From contig JAZREO010000149.1 of assembly GCA_045660845.1 (NCBI GenBank), forward strand, positions 7,416 through 71,415: a DNA stretch of 64,000 nucleotides, read 5' to 3'. Both the position numbers and the translations under genes were made by a program. Shown piece by piece: positions 35,145 to 44,685 of the stretch. The first letter of the stretch is position 1, and every line of letters starts with the position of its first letter. Source of the stretch: Eubacteriales bacterium. GTDB lineage: Bacteria; Bacillota; Clostridia; Oscillospirales; QAKW01. The notes under the pieces are model-generated. The model was not told where the DNA came from and made no database searches. It worked only from the letters and a program-made list of their open reading frames with translations.

Positions 35145-37369
35145 GCGTTAGCACCTCCCACCACTGTAAAGTCTTTGGCGCCGATCTTAACACCGTTCAC
35201 GGTGGTCTCAGCGGTATTATAGTTGACATATACCTTTGCGCCGTTGCTGAAGGTCGTGATCTTCACATCCTCAGAAATGATCTCATAGTTCGTGATCTCA
35301 CTGCTTCCTACAGCGTCATAAACCTTCTTCAGACGCTTATAGTTTGCAAGCATATCATCATAATGATCATCCAGCTCACATGCATAAGAGGACGTAAATT
35401 TGGTATCCTGGAAGGATGTAGATTCAGCATCCATCAGCAGGTAATAAATGCTCATACCGGTCTCTGCCAGTTTGAGAAGCAGGTCATCCTGTTCAGAATT
35501 CAGATTGACAGGAGTACTCGACAGGTTCACATAGCCACGGAACACGATCTGATAGAAGGGAACTTCCTGCAGAGCGATATTATTATGACTTCCGTAAACA
35601 GGAGCCTCCAAGACATTATCGACATAAGAGATCGCATAGCCATTACCACCCGTGGTATTGACAATGCCGTTCTCCCCTGCTGTTTCAGCCGCTGCTTTAA
35701 AGATGCTCGTCATCGAATCCACAGACTGATCACGGGTACTTACATCCTTCAAATTATAAGCGCAATAAACCGCATCACCAATAGAATTAAAGGAATAACT
35801 CTTGATCTCCCAATCGGAAGCATTCTCAAGGAAATCCTCAGCATAACCATACATATGGTTGGGATGGATCAACTGATAAAGGATTTCGCTGGTCGTTCTC
35901 GAACCTGCTGCGTAAATTCTCGACTTATAGATCGCAACCGGAGAGGAATCCAGACCGTAGGCAGTATTTTTAAACTTCTTAATATCGGAGTTGCTTCCAT
36001 AAAACGCCTGAAGATCTGCATCAAAAGAAAGATGATAATTATCGATACCATTCGCCTTCGCAATCAGGCTTTGGAGAGCCTTCTTCCCACCCAGCTTAGA
36101 GTTGGGAGATATCTCGGTAGATACAGTCGTTTCCATGCCACCGGACGCCCAGCCCAGATAATTGATATATGCTTTATCAACATTATCGGCAGCCAGACGA
36201 TCAATCAATTCTTCCGCTTCCTTATAAGTAGTCAGAGCATCCTGTCCAGTATAAGGAATGCCAAGAAAATGTTTGGATTTCTTAACGGAACCATAAAGAG
36301 TGATCGCCAATGTATTGGATACAGAGTCTTTCACCTTGGTCATTTTCTCTTCATTGATCAGGTACTCTCTGTACTTTTCCGCCATACCAATATAATTGGC
36401 ATTTTCACCATCCAGAAAATAATATCTTGCAATATAGTTTTCGGGAAGAAAGTCGGAATAGTAGGACCCGCTGCCCGCCTGACCGGTGGAGCTACGACGG
36501 CTCTGGGTATCACGGACATTCACAGTTGTAAACATCGTATTATAACTGTTTTTATAGTTGCTGATATACGCATGCAGATCAGTAACAGCGGCACCGCTCT
36601 CAATAATATTGAGATATGCCTCGCCATTCTTCACCATGCCGTATACTGGTAAACGAAGGGGTTCGTTCCAGTTGGCAAAATAATTTGAAGTGGCAACTTC
36701 AGTGGGGTTGGGAGCATAGAACTGACCCTCACCCTCAAGACCGAACTCATAAGCATTCAGTACGCCGCGGTTAAACTCCATCAGAGAACCGCTACCGTCT
36801 GGAATCAAGCCATAACCGGTATCGTTCAGACCTGCTGCGCCAAAGAACTGGAATAGCTTGACGGAAAGAACGCGAGTATCACTCAGTTCCTTAATCCGGT
36901 CAATCATCAGTTCCATATGGAGATAATCCTCTTTCAAGGAAAGCTTAACAGGGATAGTAAAGTCCATGTTATCTCCTTTGAAATAGAAGGTCATGATCCA
37001 ATCCTTACCCTGACGCTCCGTAATGGTAGCGGCACTGGCCGAGGTGACTGTATAGCTCTTATAGCTCTCTGTCAGATAAGTAACTGCGATTTTGCTGGAA
37101 AGCTCTTCGTAGCTTTCACCCTGGGCAATCTTATCAGACTCCCAATCGAGAGGATTGGAATACCAAACGCGACCAGTCTTTTGGTTCATGACACCAAAGG
37201 TGCCGGCTGTACTGTCAATATATAGTGCCAAATTTGCATTCTCATTGACCAGCTGATAATTTCCGGGTACATCCAGGGTCGCCGGAGCAGCAGAAGTAGA
37301 AAAAGTGATCGCAGAAACGCAGGAAAGGAACAGCACTAACGATAATAAGATGGAAATTGTCTTTTTCAT
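35141..37369 (-). CDS. secreted 742-aa protein of unknown function (possibly DUF5696-like / glycoside-hydrolase-like)
   Basis: Signal peptide MKKTISILLSLVLFLSCVSAITFSTSAA. I recognise no catalytic motif. The family name is from memory only. It has a 4-nt overlap with the downstream permease. Confidence 0.6.
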   Translation of the reverse strand: MKKTISILLSLVLFLSCVSAITFSTSAAPATLDVPGNYQLVNENANLALYIDSTAGTFGVMNQKTGRVWYSNPLDWESDKIAQGESYEELSSKIAVTYLTESYKSYTVTSASAATITERQGKDWIMTFYFKGDNMDFTIPVKLSLKEDYLHMELMIDRIKELSDTRVLSVKLFQFFGAAGLNDTGYGLIPDGSGSLMEFNRGVLNAYEFGLEGEGQFYAPNPTEVATSNYFANWNEPLRLPVYGMVKNGEAYLNIIESGAAVTDLHAYISNYKNSYNTMFTTVNVRDTQSRRSSTGQAGSGSYYSDFLPENYIARYYFLDGENANYIGMAEKYREYLINEEKMTKVKDSVSNTLAITLYGSVKKSKHFLGIPYTGQDALTTYKEAEELIDRLAADNVDKAYINYLGWASGGMETTVSTEISPNSKLGGKKALQSLIAKANGIDNYHLSFDADLQAFYGSNSDIKKFKNTAYGLDSSPVAIYKSRIYAAGSRTTSEILYQLIHPNHMYGYAEDFLENASDWEIKSYSFNSIGDAVYCAYNLKDVSTRDQSVDSMTSIFKAAAETAGENGIVNTTGGNGYAISYVDNVLEAPVYGSHNNIALQEVPFYQIVFRGYVNLSSTPVNLNSEQDDLLLKLAETGMSIYYLLMDAESTSFQDTKFTSSYACELDDHYDDMLANYKRLKKVYDAVGSSEITNYEIISEDVKITTFSNGAKVYVNYNTAETTVNGVKIGAKDFTVVGGANA

Positions 37370-37388
37370 TGTTAATCTCTCCCCTTTC

Positions 37389-38072
37389 CTAAGATAGTAT
37401 TCTCATACGACATTCCGTATAGATCGTCATAAAGAATACATATAGCTGCTGAATCAGCACAACGAACAAGAAGATCAAGAAGAAGATGATCGCCATTGCA
37501 GCCAAGGATGCGATCAAATTGAGCAGTGTACCCCAGAAGGAGTAGTTATGGATCGTCATTGCGCCATAGAACATCAGTACAACAAACCAAATGGTGCAGC
37601 AGACACCAACAATCGAAACAAAGGTAAACTCACTTTCGATCAAAAATCTGGAAAGGAATGTACTTAACAGATTATAAAAGATCAGCGGAGTCAAATTATA
37701 GCAGGTCATAACATAAATGTCGACCAAGCGACCTTCGCCGTTCAGCAAGGTGCAAAGCGCCCAGTTTGCCACAACAAACAACAGGACCATCAAACCGGAG
37801 GTGCACAGTACAGTCAGGATATTAAAATCCTTAATCCGCAGGGTGGAGTAAATAAACCCGGTGGCGACCTCCTGAATAATAGCGGAAACTGTAAAAGCCA
37901 AAAGAAGCAAAGTGGCATAGATAGGAGAACCATTCTTCTTGAATTTTAGGTCTTCCATCGTATCAACAGGATGGGTGACCATCAAGAACGGATTCTTTTT
38001 CCCAGCAAATAAACGTTCGCTCATTGCCTTCAGGAAAACATAGATGTTACTCCATAATTTCTGTATCGTCAT
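37389..38072 (-). CDS. Yip1-domain polytopic membrane protein
   Basis: 227 aa from ATG 38072 (GGAGG 8 nt upstream) with 5 predicted TM helices. The N-terminal cytoplasmic segment and TM layout are typical of bacterial YIP1-family proteins. Confidence 0.6.
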   Translation of the reverse strand: MTIQKLWSNIYVFLKAMSERLFAGKKNPFLMVTHPVDTMEDLKFKKNGSPIYATLLLLAFTVSAIIQEVATGFIYSTLRIKDFNILTVLCTSGLMVLLFVVANWALCTLLNGEGRLVDIYVMTCYNLTPLIFYNLLSTFLSRFLIESEFTFVSIVGVCCTIWFVVLMFYGAMTIHNYSFWGTLLNLIASLAAMAIIFFLIFLFVVLIQQLYVFFMTIYTECRMRILS

Positions 38073-39609
38073 GATCTCCACCTCCCTGCTTTTTTTCCTT
38101 AATTACAGTAATAATTTTATTACCAAAGATACGCCAAAGAATCACCAGCAAGACCAACACAACCAGCAAGGTCATGATCAGGTCAAAGGAATCGGCAATC
38201 ACCGCTTCTCTATACAGCGAATAGGCATCCTGGTAATTCATGCGGTCATTGGCAATCTTAAAGTGATTCAAGGCATCTTCATAGCGCCCAAACTGATAAT
38301 AGACCTTGCCAAGACCGATATGTGCAAGCTCACAGTTGGCATTATCCTTCAAGATTACATCCCAATACTTTTCAGCCTCGGTATAAAGCCCCTGATCATA
38401 AAGCAATATGCCGTCATGGAGGGTACGACCGTGCTGCGTAAGGCCATATACGGTGATTGAACCAAAATGGGAGTCAAGGATCAATGTTTTCTTCCCAAGC
38501 TTCGCAATCGCAACAGGCTTATAAAGGAAACCCTGCTGCTTGCCGTTGCCACCGTACATAAAGGTCATGTTGCCTTCCGAATCATATTCGAAAATCTTGC
38601 AAAGGTTTGAATCCAGCATGGTGATAAAACCGTCTGCATCAACTGCAACATCTGTAAAGATGTTACCCTCTGTCTTGGTCACGCGACGCTGAAGATCACC
38701 GTAGGTCTTAGACAGAGTTTCGTCGACCTTTTGCGTGCTCTTTGCCAGAGGATCAAGGATATTGTTGCCCAAGAAGTTCATCTTGATCAACTGCTCGGTG
38801 TTGGAATCCTCGGTGGCCGCGATAACCGAATAAACAAAACCATATTCATCAACAACCAGGTTGGAAAATTCGGTAGGTACAAAGGTCACAAAGGAAACAT
38901 CCGCATCGCTGCCCAAAAGGGAACGATACATACGACGCCACGCCAGAGCCACCATGTCCGTCATGGACATCTGGACATCCGGAGCTCCGAAATAGCGAAG
39001 GAATGTGCCCTTTTCATTAAATTCCATAATACCGTCCAAGGCACCCTGAGAGATTACATAGAGAGACATGTTCTTTGCAATTGCAATCTTAGAGGGCTTA
39101 AATTCACCGCTGAAAAGATCAGAATTCGGCGCACCAACTGTCTGGACGATCTTACCACTCTTATCCTTATCCAGCTTGATGATCTGGCGGTTGCCGGTGT
39201 CGCAAACATAGATATAACCATACTTATCAACAACAAGGCTTTCCGCCAGTTTCATCGTATAAGGCTTGCCGTTGGCGGTAAGGGTTGAGAGTGTCTTGAT
39301 ATGTTTAAAATTGGAATCAAAAATATGTATACGAGGTGTATTTTCGCTTCCGTAATAATCCAAAATATAGATTTCATTCTGCGGGCTGACATAGAGATCA
39401 ACCGCGTTGGTGATCTTCCCGATCCCCAGGTCTTCTCCATAGTAAACCTTTTCCGGAGTATAACCGGAGGGAGTTTCAACCGCTTCACCGTAGTAGTTAT
39501 AATTGTAGGTATTGAACGCAATATAAGCCGAGGAGGGCATCGCCAGCATAGTTGCAAGGATCACCATGATCATTGCAACGGCGCCGACTTTCATAAATCT
39601 CTTTTTCAT
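38047..39609 (-). CDS. secreted NHL-repeat beta-propeller protein with C-terminal TPR and TM anchor
   Basis: ATG 39609 lies 8 nt after AAGGAGG. It has a signal peptide and repeated NHL-like blades (IYILDYYG, GYIYVCDTGNRQIIKLD, SLYVISQG, GFITMLDSNLCKIFEYD). The C-terminus has TPR (AHIGLGKVYYQFGRYEDALNHF), a TM helix (LIMTLLVVLVLLVILW) and a short cytoplasmic tail. Confidence 0.7.
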   Translation of the reverse strand: MKKRFMKVGAVAMIMVILATMLAMPSSAYIAFNTYNYNYYGEAVETPSGYTPEKVYYGEDLGIGKITNAVDLYVSPQNEIYILDYYGSENTPRIHIFDSNFKHIKTLSTLTANGKPYTMKLAESLVVDKYGYIYVCDTGNRQIIKLDKDKSGKIVQTVGAPNSDLFSGEFKPSKIAIAKNMSLYVISQGALDGIMEFNEKGTFLRYFGAPDVQMSMTDMVALAWRRMYRSLLGSDADVSFVTFVPTEFSNLVVDEYGFVYSVIAATEDSNTEQLIKMNFLGNNILDPLAKSTQKVDETLSKTYGDLQRRVTKTEGNIFTDVAVDADGFITMLDSNLCKIFEYDSEGNMTFMYGGNGKQQGFLYKPVAIAKLGKKTLILDSHFGSITVYGLTQHGRTLHDGILLYDQGLYTEAEKYWDVILKDNANCELAHIGLGKVYYQFGRYEDALNHFKIANDRMNYQDAYSLYREAVIADSFDLIMTLLVVLVLLVILWRIFGNKIITVIKEKKQGGGDHDDTEIME

Positions 39610-39622
39610 GTCGTGCACCTCC

Positions 39623-40480
39623 TTAACCCTTGATACCAGCGTGCGCCATCGTCTTTACCGTACTACTCTGAGCAAAGATAAAGAAGATGATCGGCGGTAT
39701 CATCATCAACACCGATGCTGCATATGCCTCACCGGCACGGGCAACGCTTCCTTCTGACGTGATCTGGCTCAAAGCAGTCGGCAGAGTCTTCAGCGTCTCG
39801 GTATAAATGTAGGAACCGGCGGTAGCGTTCCAGTTACGCTGGAACGAGAAGATCGCCAAGGTCAGCCATGCCGGTTTGATAGAAGGCATCACAATCGACC
39901 AAAGAATTTTCCAGTCGCCTGCACCGTCGATACGAGCAGCCTCGATCATTGCATTGGGGATCTCCGCCATATTCTGCTTCAAAAGGAAGACGCCCATCGT
40001 TGCAGAAATCTCAGGCAGCCAGTATGCAAAATAAGTATCAACGATTCCCAGGTAAGACATTACCAGATAGACAGGAATCTCGGTAACACCGCCGGTAAAA
40101 AGCAGGGACCATACAATCAGGTTAAAGAGTACCGTCTTGCCAGGAAACTTATTCTTAGCCAGCGGGTATGCACACATGGCGGCAGAAAGAATATGGACAA
40201 CTGTACCGATAATCGTATTCGCCAGGGTATTGAATACATATCTGGAGAACGGAACCCAAGAGGTAGACGTCAGGTCAAACAACTTTCTGAAGCTCATCAG
40301 GGTGGGGTTCTTGGTAAAGAACCGAGGCGGGAAGATAAACAACTCGTTGTACGGCTTGATGGACTGCACAATGGCATAGACCAAAGGCAATGACATGAAA
40401 GCAGCATAGAGAGCGAGCAAAAGATAGGTTGTTATGTCACCGACGACAGAAGCCTTTGTTCTTCTTAATTTTGTAGACAT
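39623..40480 (-). CDS. carbohydrate ABC transporter permease (MalG/CUT1 type), pair 1
   Basis: 285 aa with EAA loop IEAARIDGAGDWKILWSIVMP. Confidence 0.9.
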   Translation of the reverse strand: MSTKLRRTKASVVGDITTYLLLALYAAFMSLPLVYAIVQSIKPYNELFIFPPRFFTKNPTLMSFRKLFDLTSTSWVPFSRYVFNTLANTIIGTVVHILSAAMCAYPLAKNKFPGKTVLFNLIVWSLLFTGGVTEIPVYLVMSYLGIVDTYFAYWLPEISATMGVFLLKQNMAEIPNAMIEAARIDGAGDWKILWSIVMPSIKPAWLTLAIFSFQRNWNATAGSYIYTETLKTLPTALSQITSEGSVARAGEAYAASVLMMIPPIIFFIFAQSSTVKTMAHAGIKG

Positions 40481-40500
40481 TTTTCGTTCACTCTCCTTTC

Positions 40501-41463
40501 TTAATCATGCGAGAACCGAGCAAGCAGTTTATTGATCAGCGTCTTACTCAGGATCATCATCGCGAACAGCACAACGGCGATCGCAGACGCGTAACCCAAC
40601 TCAAACCGGACATGACCAAAGTCCGAAATATGCAGAACCAGCGTATGACCCGCATAGTCAACAGACGGGTTACCCAGCAGCGCAGAGGAAATTGTTCCCA
40701 CTGCAAAGGAGGAGGAAATCTGCATAACCGCACCGAACATCAGCATACCGCCCATCTGAGGCAAGGTAATGAAAAACAGTTCCTGGAACCGGTTTCGGAC
40801 ACCGTCGATAGCGCCCGCCTCTGCAAGAGAGGGATCCAGGTTCTGCAAACCTGCGATAAAGGACAAGAAGCTGGTACCCAGCGAACACCACAACTGAACA
40901 ATGATAACAATATTCAGCATATAAGCGGTATTCTTCAGCCATGCAATCGGTTCATCAATAACACCCAGGTTCATCAGAACAGAGTTAACAAGTCCGTACA
41001 TATCACTGCTGAAGAGGTACTGGAAAATGAAGTAAACATTCGCAAGGGTCGGTGCATAGAACACCACAGTAAAGAACGCTCTGGCAACAGGATGTAGATC
41101 ATTGATAAACCACGCAAAGATAAAGCAGAGCAAGTAGCTTACCGGACCGGTAATGATTGCAAACTTCAGCGTATTTTTCAAAGCGATCATGAAAACGCTG
41201 TCTTCCAGGAACATTCTCAGGTAGTTATCCCATCCGATAAAAACGGGGGTATTCAAAATGTCGTAACGGGTAAAAGAAAGAACGATAGACGCACCGATCG
41301 GCAAAATAGTAAACAAGGTGAAGAAAACCATAAAGGGCAGGATCAGCAGATAGTTGATCTTATTATCCTTCATCTCTTGCCATGTTAATGCCGCACGCTC
41401 GGAGAAGGTCAATCTTTTCTTTTTTAATAATTCAATTTCACGTTGCTTAGATGTAGAAGCCAT
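40501..41463 (-). CDS. carbohydrate ABC transporter permease (MalF/CUT1 type), pair 1
   Basis: 320 aa from ATG 41463 (TAATG overlap with the SBP stop), with EAA loop AEAGAIDGVRNRFQELFFITLP. Confidence 0.85.
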   Translation of the reverse strand: MASTSKQREIELLKKKRLTFSERAALTWQEMKDNKINYLLILPFMVFFTLFTILPIGASIVLSFTRYDILNTPVFIGWDNYLRMFLEDSVFMIALKNTLKFAIITGPVSYLLCFIFAWFINDLHPVARAFFTVVFYAPTLANVYFIFQYLFSSDMYGLVNSVLMNLGVIDEPIAWLKNTAYMLNIVIIVQLWCSLGTSFLSFIAGLQNLDPSLAEAGAIDGVRNRFQELFFITLPQMGGMLMFGAVMQISSSFAVGTISSALLGNPSVDYAGHTLVLHISDFGHVRFELGYASAIAVVLFAMMILSKTLINKLLARFSHD

Positions 41464-44400
41464 TAATCTCTCGCCTCCTCCGGTACAGACAGATGATATT
41501 CGGATCGCTTGCGCCAAATCTCATCGTTTATTTCATTATTATAATAGAATAGTTTTTCACGCGGGTTTGCGTTGTTGTTCACAACATTACGGAAAGCGTT
41601 GATTACGTTACGGCTGACATAATAACCGCCGACCAACTCGGGAGTCTCGCGGGTCCACTGACGCTGCGCCTTAATAATGGCAGCCTCCTCACTGGACCAC
41701 TTGATCTTTTCAAACGCTTCCAGGTTCGCGGTGGAATATCTCGCAACAGAACCGATTGCCATTTCAACACGGTTACCGTAGTCAGCAGCGATATCAGCAG
41801 AGGTCCACCATTTTAGGAAGGTCCATGCATCCTGCAGCTGCTGCTCAGGATCTGCAGCCTTTTTAATGGTTCTCTCAATGATCATGCATCCGCTCATACC
41901 GCTGGATTGGTCAGTTCGGTTGATCACGCCGGTCTTCTCATCTAAGATACCGGGCATGGGTGCAACGCTCCACAGTCCATTTAATTCAGGAGCAGATTCC
42001 TGAAGATACGTAATACTGGAATAACCCTGAACGACCAAGGGCATCTCACCATTTCTGAAACGGCTGTACCAACTATAGTCAGTGGGCAGGTCATACTGCA
42101 GATAATAGCGGGTCCAGCGCTCAAAAGCGTCGATTGAATACTGCTCTGTGAAGTTGGTGGCAGTGCCATCCTCTCTATAAGGAGTATGCCCGCTCTGCAG
42201 GATCAGAGTATAGAATGTCTCACCGCTGGCATTGGAATCCAGACCGACAGTCATGTTATTTGCCTGAATATACGGAAGAATATTATCCAGATCATCCCAA
42301 GTATTCGGCACGCTGATGCCCAACTCAGCAAAGATATCGCTGCGGTAGAACAACAGCTTGAAGTCCTGCGTTTCAGGCAAAGCAAAGATCTTATTAATGG
42401 CATTGCCTTTTTCATCGTTAGTGCTCAAAGTATAGGGAGTCAATGCATAAGTCGAAAAACGACTGGCAACTTCGTTAAAGTCGCTGAACTGTGTCAAATC
42501 GTAAACTGCATTACGATAGCCCAAGTTCATCGGCTCAGAGCGGCTGACATGCAAAGCGATATCGGGACCGCGTCCGGCGATAATCGCTTTCTGCAAAATG
42601 CCCAGCGGTACCAAGCCAACGTTTACAGAGATATCGGTCTCCGGAGTAAAATAGTTGGTACAGAGGGTTTTCAGCACAGTGGCCTGGTCACGACCAGTAC
42701 CTACCCAAGCGGTCAACGTACGACCGCTGGAGCTTTCGGCGCCAACAGAGGTGTAATCATCCACAAAGGAGGAAACAAAGGCACGCACTTCATGAGAAAG
42801 ACCTTCCCAGAAATTAGCCTTTTGGCGAGTGGGCTCCATTCCCTCACCAGTGAAGATCAACTTATCAAACTGAACCGGCTGGTCACGCAGATCCAGCATC
42901 CAGGAGCTGAGGGTACTTATATTATCTTTAAAGGTAGAAAGACGATCGGGGATCGCATAAGGCTTCTTAATGAAATCGGCGATCTGCGTTTCCAAAGTAC
43001 TGATAATGGACGCAGAACCCAGGTTGCCGTTAATGGCAATAACCTGGTCCTTAATACCGAGAAGATCGTTATAAACAGAAGTGAACATTTCTTCCAGGCC
43101 GGCGATCTTCTGATCCAACTCATAGTCACGGTAGGTATCGGGGGAAGTACCGGTAACCATGATGATCTTACGATAGATGTAGTTCAATTGATAGACCACA
43201 TCTTCAGCCTCACGGCTGACCTGCGCCATATCGCCGATCACAACCTCCATGGAGAGGGTGTGTTCCCCTTTGGTCAGATAAAACTTAAAGTCATAGGAAT
43301 CACCGTTCTCATCCTCGCCGCCAAGTACTTTATACTGATAACCAGTTCCAAACGGGAAGCCAATCGTATTCGCTTCTTCAAAAGGAACCTCGCCATCAAT
43401 GTAAAGACGTCTGTAGGAGGTAGAATCCTCGACATAAGACTGACGGTAACGGACACCGATCGTGTAATAACCGTCTGCAGGAATATTGATATTCCAGTTT
43501 ACAGTCTGACCGGTTACATTCCAGTTTTCACCGCCGAGTACATTCAGACGGGTCTTGCTGATGCTGTAGGGAGATACCTTCGGGTCGCTCCGATCATAGG
43601 CGGGCTGGATCAAGGATTCGCTCTTGTCTACAAAATCCTCTGTTTCAAGTACATATTCTTCACTGACACTTGCGGCACCGTTTGCATCATTCTTTGCAAT
43701 GTATTCCGCATAAGTGATTTCCTCGCCATTATTATATAGACGGAGATAATCCAAAGCAAGAACTCCGGTGTTGAAGGTCAGCGTGATGGTATGTACGCCT
43801 TCGGACAAGTAGAACTTGACTGCATCATCAAAGACACCATCGGGATCCCGGATGTCCTTGGTCAGCCACTTTGCAGCCTCGACTTGCTTAGAATAAAGCT
43901 CATTACCGACAGAGTCAAAATTGTTCTCGTCCTCCTCATCGGTCCAGTTCCGTTTCAGGAAGAAACGATCCGCATCATTATGGGGAAGCTTGCCATCGAT
44001 CATGACTGCCAGCTCATAGTCTTTTCCGTTACCGTCGCCCAGCAGCGGGAAATATTCCAAACCAAGCGCATACATACCCGTCTTGGAAACATTGATCTGA
44101 TAGGTCAGAGAACCAGTGCCGGTAGTGACCAGAACCTGATCCCGTCCCTCATAGGTCGCTTTAATCTCATGAGGAGCAGTCGCAGATGTGATCTGAGTGG
44201 CTTCCAGACGGATCTCCGGCATGACCGTATCATACGCTTGATACTCCGAATAATAGTCGACATATCTGCCGCTGCGGTAAAAACCAACAACCGACACCTG
44301 GGTCTCATTATCGGTCCCCTCGGGTGTTACTGTTGCTGCAGGTGGATTCGCACCGCTTGCCGCCTCATTGTCTGCCGAGTCTGTCGCTACGGTTTCACCC

Positions 44401-44528
44401 AATGCGTCAGCACCGGCTTCCGACTCTTCGTCCGCAAAGACGAAAGTAGTCATGGAGAGCGCCATAATCAGTACCATTATGAGCGCCAGAAAAGACCGCA
44501 AAACAGAACATGAATTCTTGCCTTTCAT
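41463..44528 (-). CDS. 1021-aa extracellular solute-binding protein with two N-terminal carbohydrate-binding-module-like repeats
   Basis: It has a signal peptide and a low-complexity linker, followed by two ~150-aa beta-sandwich-like repeats ending in (L/V)xEGxHT(I/L)(T/S)(L/M). A coiled/helical region follows. The C-terminal ~430 aa form a family-1 SBP domain (LTAWVGTGRDQATVLKTLCTNYFTPETDISVNV...). Confidence 0.75.
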   Translation of the reverse strand: MKGKNSCSVLRSFLALIMVLIMALSMTTFVFADEESEAGADALGETVATDSADNEAASGANPPAATVTPEGTDNETQVSVVGFYRSGRYVDYYSEYQAYDTVMPEIRLEATQITSATAPHEIKATYEGRDQVLVTTGTGSLTYQINVSKTGMYALGLEYFPLLGDGNGKDYELAVMIDGKLPHNDADRFFLKRNWTDEEDENNFDSVGNELYSKQVEAAKWLTKDIRDPDGVFDDAVKFYLSEGVHTITLTFNTGVLALDYLRLYNNGEEITYAEYIAKNDANGAASVSEEYVLETEDFVDKSESLIQPAYDRSDPKVSPYSISKTRLNVLGGENWNVTGQTVNWNINIPADGYYTIGVRYRQSYVEDSTSYRRLYIDGEVPFEEANTIGFPFGTGYQYKVLGGEDENGDSYDFKFYLTKGEHTLSMEVVIGDMAQVSREAEDVVYQLNYIYRKIIMVTGTSPDTYRDYELDQKIAGLEEMFTSVYNDLLGIKDQVIAINGNLGSASIISTLETQIADFIKKPYAIPDRLSTFKDNISTLSSWMLDLRDQPVQFDKLIFTGEGMEPTRQKANFWEGLSHEVRAFVSSFVDDYTSVGAESSSGRTLTAWVGTGRDQATVLKTLCTNYFTPETDISVNVGLVPLGILQKAIIAGRGPDIALHVSRSEPMNLGYRNAVYDLTQFSDFNEVASRFSTYALTPYTLSTNDEKGNAINKIFALPETQDFKLLFYRSDIFAELGISVPNTWDDLDNILPYIQANNMTVGLDSNASGETFYTLILQSGHTPYREDGTATNFTEQYSIDAFERWTRYYLQYDLPTDYSWYSRFRNGEMPLVVQGYSSITYLQESAPELNGLWSVAPMPGILDEKTGVINRTDQSSGMSGCMIIERTIKKAADPEQQLQDAWTFLKWWTSADIAADYGNRVEMAIGSVARYSTANLEAFEKIKWSSEEAAIIKAQRQWTRETPELVGGYYVSRNVINAFRNVVNNNANPREKLFYYNNEINDEIWRKRSEYHLSVPEEARD

Positions 44529-44656
44529 AAACTACCTCCAAGTTGAATTGAACAGTATCTCAAGCTGCAGGCAATCGATTTAGTGCAATTGAACAGTGTT
44601 TCATGAACAAATTACACAAAAATCGATCGCGCGCTTTCATCCATACTATCATTGGG

Positions 44657-44685
44657 ATTATAGCATAATATATATATGATTTCAA
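44657..44685 (-). promoter_or_regulatory. sigma-A promoter of the 8-gene ABC-type operon
   Basis: The minus strand reads TTGAAA - 17 nt - TATAAT, leaving a ~125-nt leader before ATG 44528. Confidence 0.5.

Noticed and set aside
44626-44640. Possible CcpA cre site (ATGAAAGCGCGCGAT on the minus strand).
   Set aside because: Only the left half matches the cre consensus and the right half does not (G at the W position, A at the C position). I keep it as a remark within the leader finding, not as a feature.
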